From: Arcobacter sp.
GTDB taxonomy: Bacteria > Campylobacterota > Campylobacteria > Campylobacterales > Arcobacteraceae
Direction: 5' to 3' (one strand)
DNA: 64,000 nucleotides
Assembly (NCBI RefSeq): GCF_050294675.1
Contig: NZ_JBNKON010000032.1
The notes under the pieces are model-generated. The model was not told the DNA's origin. It searched no databases and was given only the letters and a program-made list of their open reading frames with translations. Below, in pieces: positions 57,406 to 64,000 of this stretch; position 1 is the first letter of the stretch, and every line of letters begins with the position of its first letter. The translations under genes and the position numbers were made by a program.

Positions 57406-58587
57406 TTATTTACCAAATTCTGCAATTAACGATTCTAAATCATCACTATTTACTAAATCATCAGTATTATCTCCTGGTAAATGGGTAGCACCAGGAAGAG
57501 AAATTGATTTACTCTCATCATCAAAAATAGCATTTAATTGTCTTGATAAATTTATTACCAATCCCATAACTCTTTCAATTTTTTGTCTATTTATATCATG
57601 AAACTGCATAAGTTCCATTGTATCAAAAAGTTCTTTATCTCTATTATGAAGTCTTGCTTGTATCTCTTTTGGTTTATCAATTAAGCCTTTAATTAAATCC
57701 AAATTATTTGAAAACTCTTTAACATTTGGAAATTTTTTATTTAGCATCTCTAACATTTTAAGTTGAGATTGCATAAATTCATCTAATTGTTTGGTAGTTT
57801 TTCTTAATTCTTCATTATCTTCTAAAATATAACTTAGGGCATCAAATATTTTTGTAGCTTTTTCTTCTGAATCATTTGCCACTTCACCTAATTGATTAGG
57901 AATATTAATTTGATCTACATTAACTACATTATTACCTTTTTTACTTTTAGTAGAAATTGGCTCTTCACTATCTTTAACTTTATCCATCTCATCAATAGAT
58001 TCAGCATCTAAATTAAAATCAAAATCATTTAAATAATCATCTACTTCTAAGTCTTTATTATTCTCTAATCCTGCTATTAAATCATCAATTTCACTTGTAT
58101 CAACATCACTATTTGAATCATCATTTGAAACCGTATCATCATTTTCTGACATAATTCCATTTAAAATTGAATCTATTTCATCATTAGAAACAGAAGATTC
58201 TTCTTCATTATTAGTAGTATCTTCATCAACAGAATTTAATAATTCATCAACATCTACATCTGAAACTTCTTCTTTAGTCTCTTCTTCTTTTTCAGGTTCA
58301 TTTGATAAATTAGAATCTTCTTCTTTATAAGAATTTATTAATTCATCAACATCAATATTATCTTCTTCATTTTTTTCTTCTTTATCTGACGAAGTTTCAT
58401 CTTTTTGTTCATCTTCTACTTTAGCATTAGATAAATCAGTTTGTGCTATTAAATCAGCTATATCATTTTCTGACATATTTTCAGAATCTTTTTCATCAGA
58501 AGCTACATCATCATTTTCAGAATTTTCATTTTCAGAGATATCCAGCCCATTCATCAGTGCTTCAATCTCTTCTTGACTCATACTCAT
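57406..58587 (-). CDS. cheZ: CheZ-like CheY-P phosphatase with long acidic N-terminal extension carrying repeated EIDxLL-type motifs
   Basis: 393 aa. FHDINRQKIERV parallels E. coli CheZ FQDLTGQVIKRM (catalytic D-x3-Q). The C-terminal DDLESLIAEFGK parallels the CheZ C-terminal CheY-binding peptide. It lies next to cheY. The first about 175 aa are D/E/N/S-rich. Confidence 0.65.
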   Translation of the reverse strand: MSMSQEEIEALMNGLDISENENSENDDVASDEKDSENMSENDIADLIAQTDLSNAKVEDEQKDETSSDKEEKNEEDNIDVDELINSYKEEDSNLSNEPEKEEETKEEVSDVDVDELLNSVDEDTTNNEEESSVSNDEIDSILNGIMSENDDTVSNDDSNSDVDTSEIDDLIAGLENNKDLEVDDYLNDFDFNLDAESIDEMDKVKDSEEPISTKSKKGNNVVNVDQINIPNQLGEVANDSEEKATKIFDALSYILEDNEELRKTTKQLDEFMQSQLKMLEMLNKKFPNVKEFSNNLDLIKGLIDKPKEIQARLHNRDKELFDTMELMQFHDINRQKIERVMGLVINLSRQLNAIFDDESKSISLPGATHLPGDNTDDLVNSDDLESLIAEFGK

Positions 58588-58607
58588 AGCTATACCTTTT
58601 TAATTAA

Positions 58608-58979
58608 CTATTTTTTTAATACACCATCTAATTTTTCTTTTAATATCTCAGCATTAAAAGGTTTAACTATGTAATTATTAACTCCAGCTTTTAAAGCAGT
58701 AATAACTTCACCTTTACCACCTTCTGTTGTAATCATGATTATCGGTGTACTTTGATGATTACCTTCTTTTCTTACTTTTTTAACTAAATCAAGTCCATTC
58801 ATATTTGGCATATTCCAATCAGTTAAGATAACATCATATTGTGATTTAGATAACATAGTCCAAGCTTTAACTCCATCTTCTGCTTCATCGAAATCTTCTT
58901 TATCAATTCCTAGTTGCATTACGACATTACCAATAATTCTTCTCATAGTAGAACTATCATCGACTATAAGTATTTTCAT
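58608..58979 (-). CDS. cheY: chemotaxis response regulator CheY
   Basis: 123 aa. VDDSSTMRR, TDWNMPNMNG, TTEG, and NNYIVKPF are canonical CheY residues. Confidence 0.9.
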   Translation of the reverse strand: MKILIVDDSSTMRRIIGNVVMQLGIDKEDFDEAEDGVKAWTMLSKSQYDVILTDWNMPNMNGLDLVKKVRKEGNHQSTPIIMITTEGGKGEVITALKAGVNNYIVKPFNAEILKEKLDGVLKK

Positions 58980-59075
58980 TTATACACCTTTGTTAAAAAT
59001 TCAATTTTTTTTACATTATAATTAATTTGTTTTAAATCTACACTTAATATTAGTAACATTTTACTTTAAATTTAT

Positions 59076-59103
59076 TTGAATTTAAAAATTCTTTAAATAT
59101 AAT
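59076..59103 (+). promoter_or_regulatory. candidate sigma70-type promoter for flgG (TTGAAT-16 nt-TATAAT)
   Basis: Read directly in the cheY/flgG divergent region. The -10 box ends 30 nt before ATG 59134. Confidence 0.35.
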
Positions 59104-59133
59104 AAATCAGATTTTGGCAATAAAGGATTCACC

Positions 59134-59925
59134 ATGATTAGAGGAATGTACAATGCTGCATCAGGAATGTATGCGCAACAGCATCAAATTGATGTTACGT
59201 CAAATAATATAGCCAATGTAAATACAGCTGGATTCAAAAAAGATCGAGCTGAATTTCAAGACCTTATGTATCAAAGATTAAATTTCACAGGTGGTTCTAC
59301 AAGTGAAAATACAAGAAATCCAACTGGAATTGATGTTGGACTTGGGGTAAGAATCTCAGGTATTCAAAAGTCTTTTGAAGAGGGTGATTTACAAACTACT
59401 GGAAATACCTTTGATATTGCTATTGAAGGAAGAGGATTTTTTAAGGTAACTATGCCTGATGGAGAAACTGCATATACTAGGAATGGTGGATTTAAAGTAA
59501 ATTCAGAAGGTACTATTATAAATGGTAATGGATATCCATTGGATCCTGAAATAACTGTTCCTGATAATTTAATTGATGTAAATATAGCTAATAATGGTAT
59601 TATAACTGCTACAGATCCAACCACTGGTGAAGAGCAAGAGCTAGGTCAAATTACATTAGCTGATTTTGTGAATCCTGCTGGGTTAAAACCTATTGGAGAA
59701 TCATTATTCCAATCAACAACTGCTTCAGGTAATCCAATTGAAGCAAATCCTACAGAAGACCAATTTGGTGGACTTAGACAAGGAATGATAGAAATGTCCA
59801 ATGTAAAATTAGTTACTGAGATGGTAGATTTAATTACAGCGCAAAGAGCATATGAAGCAAATTCAAAAGCTATACAAACTACAGATAAGCTGTTAACAAT
59901 TGCTAATCAATTAAAAACTAGTTAA
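59134..59925 (+). CDS. flgG: flagellar distal rod protein FlgG
   Basis: 263 aa. MIRGMYNAASGMYAQQHQIDVTSNNIANVNTAGFK, DIAIEGRGFF, and LITAQRAYEANSKAIQTTD. Confidence 0.95.
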   Translation: MIRGMYNAASGMYAQQHQIDVTSNNIANVNTAGFKKDRAEFQDLMYQRLNFTGGSTSENTRNPTGIDVGLGVRISGIQKSFEEGDLQTTGNTFDIAIEGRGFFKVTMPDGETAYTRNGGFKVNSEGTIINGNGYPLDPEITVPDNLIDVNIANNGIITATDPTTGEEQELGQITLADFVNPAGLKPIGESLFQSTTASGNPIEANPTEDQFGGLRQGMIEMSNVKLVTEMVDLITAQRAYEANSKAIQTTDKLLTIANQLKTS

Positions 59926-59938
59926 TTTTTAGGTTAAA

Positions 59939-60373
59939 ATGGATTTAGAAGAACTAAAGAGACTTAGAGAACGAAATTTTTTAGATCATAAGAAGAAAAA
60001 AAGAGAATATTATCTAAAAAAGAAGTTAGAAAAAGAGTCTAATGAATCGTTAAAAAAGTCAAAACAACAAATATATGATTATGAAAATGATCTTAATATT
60101 GATAATTTTGACTTAAAAATAAAAGAAATCATAAAAAAGCAAAAATCTCATGTTGATAGTAGAAAAGAAAAAATTGTACAAAAAATAAAAGACTACAGAG
60201 AACAAAAAAAGAGTTACTATATAGAAAACAGAGAAAAAAGGCTGGAATATGATAAAGAATATAGAGAAAAGAAAAAAGAAGAATTAAGAGAATACAGAAA
60301 AAGATATTACGAAGAGAATAAAGAAAAAATTTTATCAAGACAAAAAGAATACAGAAAATCATCTAAAGAGTAA
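59939..60373 (+). CDS. highly basic K/R/E/Y-rich repeat protein, function unknown
   Basis: 144 aa with reiterated (K/R)EYR and YY.(E)N(K/R)EK motifs (REYYLKKK; KSYYIENREKRLEYDKEYREKKK; REYRKRYYEENKEKILSRQKEYRK). It starts 13 nt after flgG. Confidence 0.5.
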   Translation: MDLEELKRLRERNFLDHKKKKREYYLKKKLEKESNESLKKSKQQIYDYENDLNIDNFDLKIKEIIKKQKSHVDSRKEKIVQKIKDYREQKKSYYIENREKRLEYDKEYREKKKEELREYRKRYYEENKEKILSRQKEYRKSSKE

Positions 60374-60375
60374 AA

Positions 60376-61665
60376 ATGGCAGAAAATCAAGAAAAAACAG
60401 AAGCAGAACTTTTAGAAGAAGCTATGCAAAACTTAGGTTTAGAAGAAGTTGTTGAAGAAGTAAAGAGTGATGAAGTTTTGGTTGAAGGTGGATCTTCTAA
60501 GTTAACAGATGAGGATATTAAATCATTAATAGAAGATGATGAAGATAATTCAAAAGAAGAAGAAACAAATATTTCAAAAGAAGAACCAAATGTCACAGAT
60601 GAAATATCTGCAGTTGAGGATATCAATTTAAATAATATTCCTGATAAAGATTTAGCTAATGAAACAGATGGTTTAGAATTAGATGAAGATTATCCTGTAC
60701 AAAAGAAACAAAATAAAATATTAAGAATCTTAATTATTTTTGTATCTATCCTATTAACACTTGTATCAGTAGGAGCCGTTCTTTATTTTATTGGATTTTT
60801 TGATCCAGAACCAGTAAAAGAAGTAAAAAAAGAAGAGATTAAACCTCAAAAAGAAGAGTATAAATTTAATACAAAAGATATTGATACAAATAGATTAAAC
60901 AAAAAGTTAAATTTATTGACCAAATATGAAATTGTAGAAAATCCTAATATTGAAGAAGAAAAAAGAAAAGAAAAAGAAAAATTATATCTTGAAGCAAAAA
61001 AACAATTAGAGATGGAAAGATTAGCTCAAATTGAAAAAATAAAAGAAGCAGAAAGAAAAAGAATGGCAGAAGAACTTCCGGCAATTCAAAAACAAGATAT
61101 TAATGAAAACATAGATAAAGAGATTGAAAAGGTAATAGATAAAGAAGAAGTACCTACTCAAATAAAAGAAGAAGCTACTGTTTCAACAAATGAACAAGAA
61201 CCACAACAAGTAGAAGATAAAACAACAAATGAAGATGCAAACACAGTAACTCAAACTAATATTGAAAATACTCCTTCAAATACAACACCTGAAAATGAAA
61301 AAAAAGTAGAAGAAACAACTTCTGTAGTAGTTGAAAATACAGAAACAAAGGTTGAACCTACACCAGTAAAAGAAGAAGTAGCTGTTGCTGAAGAAAAACC
61401 TAAAGAGAGTCAATTTGTTAAAATTATAAAAATTGCAACAAAAAGTAAAGATATATATAAATCTTACCTTGACAAAATTTATTCTGTTAGTGATGATGTG
61501 ACTTTATGTAGAGATTACCAAAATAATGTAGAGATATTTATTGGTCCATTTGAAGATGATTCAAGTAGAAGTAAAATTTCTCAAGAATATTTATCAAAAT
61601 ACAATATAAAAGTAGAAGAGTATGATTATACTAAAGATGAATATACTAAAAGATGTAATTACTAG
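60376..61665 (+). CDS. bitopic membrane protein: acidic N-terminus, one TM, E/K/T-rich linker, C-terminal SPOR-like domain
   Basis: 429 aa. TM segment ILRILIIFVSILLTLVSVGAVLYFIGFF (about aa 113-140). The C-terminus, FVKIIKIATKSKD...VEIFIGPFEDDSSRSKI, resembles a SPOR repeat (tentative). It starts 2 nt after the previous stop. Confidence 0.5.
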   Translation: MAENQEKTEAELLEEAMQNLGLEEVVEEVKSDEVLVEGGSSKLTDEDIKSLIEDDEDNSKEEETNISKEEPNVTDEISAVEDINLNNIPDKDLANETDGLELDEDYPVQKKQNKILRILIIFVSILLTLVSVGAVLYFIGFFDPEPVKEVKKEEIKPQKEEYKFNTKDIDTNRLNKKLNLLTKYEIVENPNIEEEKRKEKEKLYLEAKKQLEMERLAQIEKIKEAERKRMAEELPAIQKQDINENIDKEIEKVIDKEEVPTQIKEEATVSTNEQEPQQVEDKTTNEDANTVTQTNIENTPSNTTPENEKKVEETTSVVVENTETKVEPTPVKEEVAVAEEKPKESQFVKIIKIATKSKDIYKSYLDKIYSVSDDVTLCRDYQNNVEIFIGPFEDDSSRSKISQEYLSKYNIKVEEYDYTKDEYTKRCNY

Positions 61666-62189
61666 CTATTTTCTAAAATAGCTTTTGCATCTTTTGCATC
61701 AATTTTCTTATTAATTATATCAACATTTAAAATATAATTTTTTTCATAAGGCAATAAAAAAGTCTTAGGAAAACTTTTCTTTACTAAATCTTGCGTAGTC
61801 TTGATTTCAAAATAATCTCCAAGTGGATATCTATGTATATCAACTATTTGACCTAATAATTCACCATCTTCATAAATCTCACAATTCATTAAATCAAACC
61901 AAAAATATTGATTCTCTTCTAATTTACAATTTTGTTTAGTATCTTCAGGAGATGTAAAAAGTTGTTGATTAGTAAATTTTTTAGCCTCATCGATATTATC
62001 TATTTCATTAAATAAAATAGTACCTCTTGATTCATTAAAATCTTTTACGGTAAGTAAATTACCCTTGTTAGTTGTAAAAGTAGCACCTTTTTTAAACTGC
62101 TCAGGAAAATCAGAATCAATGAAAATTTTAATTTCACCTTTTAATCCTACTGATTTTCCAAGTTTAGCTACATAAATTTTATTATTCAT
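61662..62189 (-). CDS. rimM: 16S rRNA processing protein RimM
   Basis: 175 aa. IYVAKLGKSVGLKGEIKI at the N-terminus and a PRC-barrel C-terminus. Conserved rpsP-KH-rimM synteny. Confidence 0.85.
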   Translation of the reverse strand: MNNKIYVAKLGKSVGLKGEIKIFIDSDFPEQFKKGATFTTNKGNLLTVKDFNESRGTILFNEIDNIDEAKKFTNQQLFTSPEDTKQNCKLEENQYFWFDLMNCEIYEDGELLGQIVDIHRYPLGDYFEIKTTQDLVKKSFPKTFLLPYEKNYILNVDIINKKIDAKDAKAILENS

Positions 62190-62195
62190 TGTAAG

Positions 62196-62435
62196 TTAGT
62201 TAGAAACTACTTGTATTTTGTATGATATACCATCTTTTGCTTTACAGCCATTAGCCATAGTTTTTAAAGCATTTATCATATTTCCATTTTTACCAATAAG
62301 TTTACCCACATCATGAGTATCTGCGCTTATAGTAACTTCAACAAAAGTATCATCTATTTGCTCTTCACTTACAACTATCGAGTCCGGGTTACTAGCAATT
62401 AGCTTAACATAACTTTCAATGAAATTTTTTATCAT
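62196..62435 (-). CDS. KH-domain RNA-binding protein (YlqC/UPF0109 type)
   Basis: 79 aa. GKLIGKNGNMINALKTM is the KH GXXG loop. Sits between rpsP and rimM. Confidence 0.75.
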   Translation of the reverse strand: MIKNFIESYVKLIASNPDSIVVSEEQIDDTFVEVTISADTHDVGKLIGKNGNMINALKTMANGCKAKDGISYKIQVVSN

Positions 62436-62443
62436 GTTAAAAC

Positions 62444-62674
62444 TTATTTTGCTTCAGCTAATTTTTTAACTTTTTCAGAAGGTTTAGCACCAACACTTAA
62501 CCAATAGTTATATCTCTCTTCGTCAAGTTTTAATACTTTTGGTTCTGCTACTGGGTTATAATAACCAATTGATTCAATCCATCCTGAATCTCTTCTTTTT
62601 CTTGAATCTGTTACTACGATTCTGTAAAATGGTTTTTTATTTCTTCCCATTCTTGTTAATCTAATTACTGTCAT
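62444..62674 (-). CDS. rpsP: 30S ribosomal protein S16
   Basis: 76 aa. [41 protein letters not shown]. Confidence 0.95.
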   Translation of the reverse strand: MTVIRLTRMGRNKKPFYRIVVTDSRKRRDSGWIESIGYYNPVAEPKVLKLDEERYNYWLSVGAKPSEKVKKLAEAK

Positions 62675-62693
62675 GTCTTTCCTTTTTTTATTT

Positions 62694-62743
62694 AATAGTA
62701 TTGAATTCTAAACTCATAAATAAGTTTACAACTCAATACTATT
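62694..62743 (-). promoter_or_regulatory. 50-nt nested stem-loop in the ffh-rpsP spacer (candidate leader structure)
   Basis: Outer arms aatagtattga / tcaatactatt (11 bp, perfect) and inner arms taaact / agttta. On the coding (minus) strand the structure is followed by an A-run and the AAGGAAAG Shine-Dalgarno, not by a T-run. Confidence 0.3.
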
Positions 62744-62753
62744 TGTTATAGTT

Positions 62754-64000
62754 TTATCTTGGTAAGCCTTGCATCCCACCAGGACCTTTCATTTGGGACA
62801 TCATGCTTGATAAACCTTTCATCCCACCTTTGTTTGATAGCTGCTTAGCCATTTTTGATGCACTTTTAAATTGTTTTAATATTTTATTAACTTGTACTTC
62901 TGATAATCCAGAACCTACTGCTAATCTTTTCTTTCTACTTGGATTTAAAAGTGATGGTTCATTTCTTTCTTTTGGTGTCATTGAACCAATTAATGCTTTT
63001 ATTCTTTTAATCTCATCAGAATTCTCAAAATCCATATCTTTTAACTGTCCTGCCATTTGTGACATACCAGGGATCATTCCCAAGATAGATTTCATAGAAC
63101 CTAATTTACTCATCATTTTAAGTTGCTCTAAAAAGTCATTAAAGTTAAATTCACCTTTTTTGATTTTTTTAGTTACTTCTTTTGCTTTTTTCTCATCAAT
63201 AATAGCTGATGTTTTTTCAGCAAGTCCTTCAATATCTCCAGCACCCATAAGTCTAGAAACAATTCTATCTGGAATAAAAACTTCCAAATCTGGCATTTTT
63301 TCACCAATACCAATAAATCTTAAAGGAACACCAACTTGATCAGCTAAAGATATGGCAACACCACCTTTAGTATCACCATCATATTTAGATAAAATAACAC
63401 CATCAATACCAATTTGCTCTTTAAATGATGTTGCTGTTCTTGTTGCATCGTGACCTGTTAAAGAATCTGCAACATAAAAAATCTCATTTGGATTAAGTGC
63501 ATCTTTAACTTGTGCTAATTGTTTCATCAACTCTTCATCAATTGCCAATCGTCCAGCTGTATCCACTAATAAAACGTCATATAACTCTTTTTTAGCTTTT
63601 TCTTGAGCAGCTTTTGCTATTTTTACTGGATCTTTTTCATTATCATCAAAGTATAAATCAACTTCTATTTGTGCACATATTTGTTTTAATTGTTCAACTG
63701 CTGCAAGTCTTTGTAAGTCACACGCTGCTATTAAAACTTTTTTCTTTCTTAGCTTTAAATATGTTGCTAATTTACCAGTTGTTGTTGTTTTACCTGAACC
63801 TTGAAGTCCAGTCATTAAAACTGTTGTTGGAGGTGTATTAGAAAATACAAATCCCTGATTACCCTCAGCTGTTAATATACTAGTTAAATTTTCTTGTAAA
63901 GCTTTTAAAAATGAGCTTTGCCCTATTCCTAACTCTTTAGTTCTTAATTCAACATTATTAATTAAATCTCTTGTAGTTTTGTGGTGTACATCTGCTTTTA
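62754..64000 (-). CDS. ffh: signal recognition particle protein Ffh (5' end off window)
   Basis: The reading frame stays open to the window edge upstream of the track start. G domain GLQGSGKTTT, DTAGR, TKYDGD->SKYDGDTKGG. Met-rich M domain at the C-terminus. Confidence 0.95.
   Translation of the reverse strand, partial: KADVHHKTTRDLINNVELRTKELGIGQSSFLKALQENLTSILTAEGNQGFVFSNTPPTTVLMTGLQGSGKTTTTGKLATYLKLRKKKVLIAACDLQRLAAVEQLKQICAQIEVDLYFDDNEKDPVKIAKAAQEKAKKELYDVLLVDTAGRLAIDEELMKQLAQVKDALNPNEIFYVADSLTGHDATRTATSFKEQIGIDGVILSKYDGDTKGGVAISLADQVGVPLRFIGIGEKMPDLEVFIPDRIVSRLMGAGDIEGLAEKTSAIIDEKKAKEVTKKIKKGEFNFNDFLEQLKMMSKLGSMKSILGMIPGMSQMAGQLKDMDFENSDEIKRIKALIGSMTPKERNEPSLLNPSRKKRLAVGSGLSEVQVNKILKQFKSASKMAKQLSNKGGMKGLSSMMSQMKGPGGMQGLPR

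Noticed and set aside
59115-59130. TGGCA...GGATT upstream of flgG as a possible sigma-54 promoter
   Set aside because: The -12 element (TTGC) is absent at the required spacing, and the sequence overlaps the ribosome-binding site, so it is too close to the ATG.
62803-63339. 178-aa plus-strand ORF
   Set aside because: It is antisense within ffh and has no recognisable motif, so I treat it as a shadow ORF.
1-64000. Scan for rRNA or tRNA genes, CRISPR arrays, IS elements, transposases, integrases, phage genes, toxin-antitoxin genes or known defence genes
   Set aside because: All spacers are 238 nt or shorter and contain no cloverleaf-like or repeat-spacer structure. No ORF shows nuclease, recombinase or transposase motifs that I could recognise by eye.

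Overview
Strongly AT-rich bacterial chromosomal window. Gene content and protein signatures suggest Campylobacterota, Arcobacter-like: a large FlgE, MotB with an N-terminal Cys cluster, flhF/flhG, and a soluble CZB chemoreceptor. This taxonomic call is inference only, as no search was possible. Positions 1-23 kb hold housekeeping and signalling genes: a DEAD-box helicase; a chemoreceptor/REC/PAS-kinase operon with a divergent atypical response regulator; a DUF2325 gene; fur divergent from feoAB; bpt; trpA; panB-ruvB-AI-2E transporter; a J-domain plus LRR gene pair; a cytochrome c gene coupled to a ferredoxin-thioredoxin-reductase-like/rhodanese fusion; clpS-clpA; bioD; and a DUF155 gene. Positions 23.3-59.0 kb form one uninterrupted minus-strand run of 36 genes. 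It starts with cheY and a CheZ-like gene. It then carries most of a polar flagellar system: flgF, flgB, fliFGH, fliN, flgD, two flgE paralogues, flaG, fliY, motAB, flhFG, fliE, flgC, fliK, fliR, flhB, fliI, flgL and flhA, interspersed with uncharacterised ORFs. It ends in a four-gene module (BatD-like, membrane-fusion-like, molybdopterin oxidoreductase, MFS) that sits 1 nt from the flhA stop. Positions 59-64 kb hold flgG with two unusual charged proteins, then rimM, a KH-domain gene, rpsP and ffh (5' end off the window). I found no rRNA, tRNA, CRISPR, IS or prophage genes. The best leads are: (1) a CheZ-like phosphatase whose acidic N-terminal half carries six spaced copies of the FliM-N-type EIDxLL CheY-binding-like motif; (2) an isolated J-domain + eukaryote-type LRR operon; (3) non-flagellar-looking genes translationally coupled to flhA; (4) several uncharacterised ORFs embedded in the flagellar run (two secreted TPR proteins, small membrane or coiled-coil proteins, a basic repeat protein and an acidic SPOR-like membrane protein); (5) a recent 153-nt-period duplication inside fliK. 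All functional calls rest on motifs read by eye from the translations, and no database search was possible.
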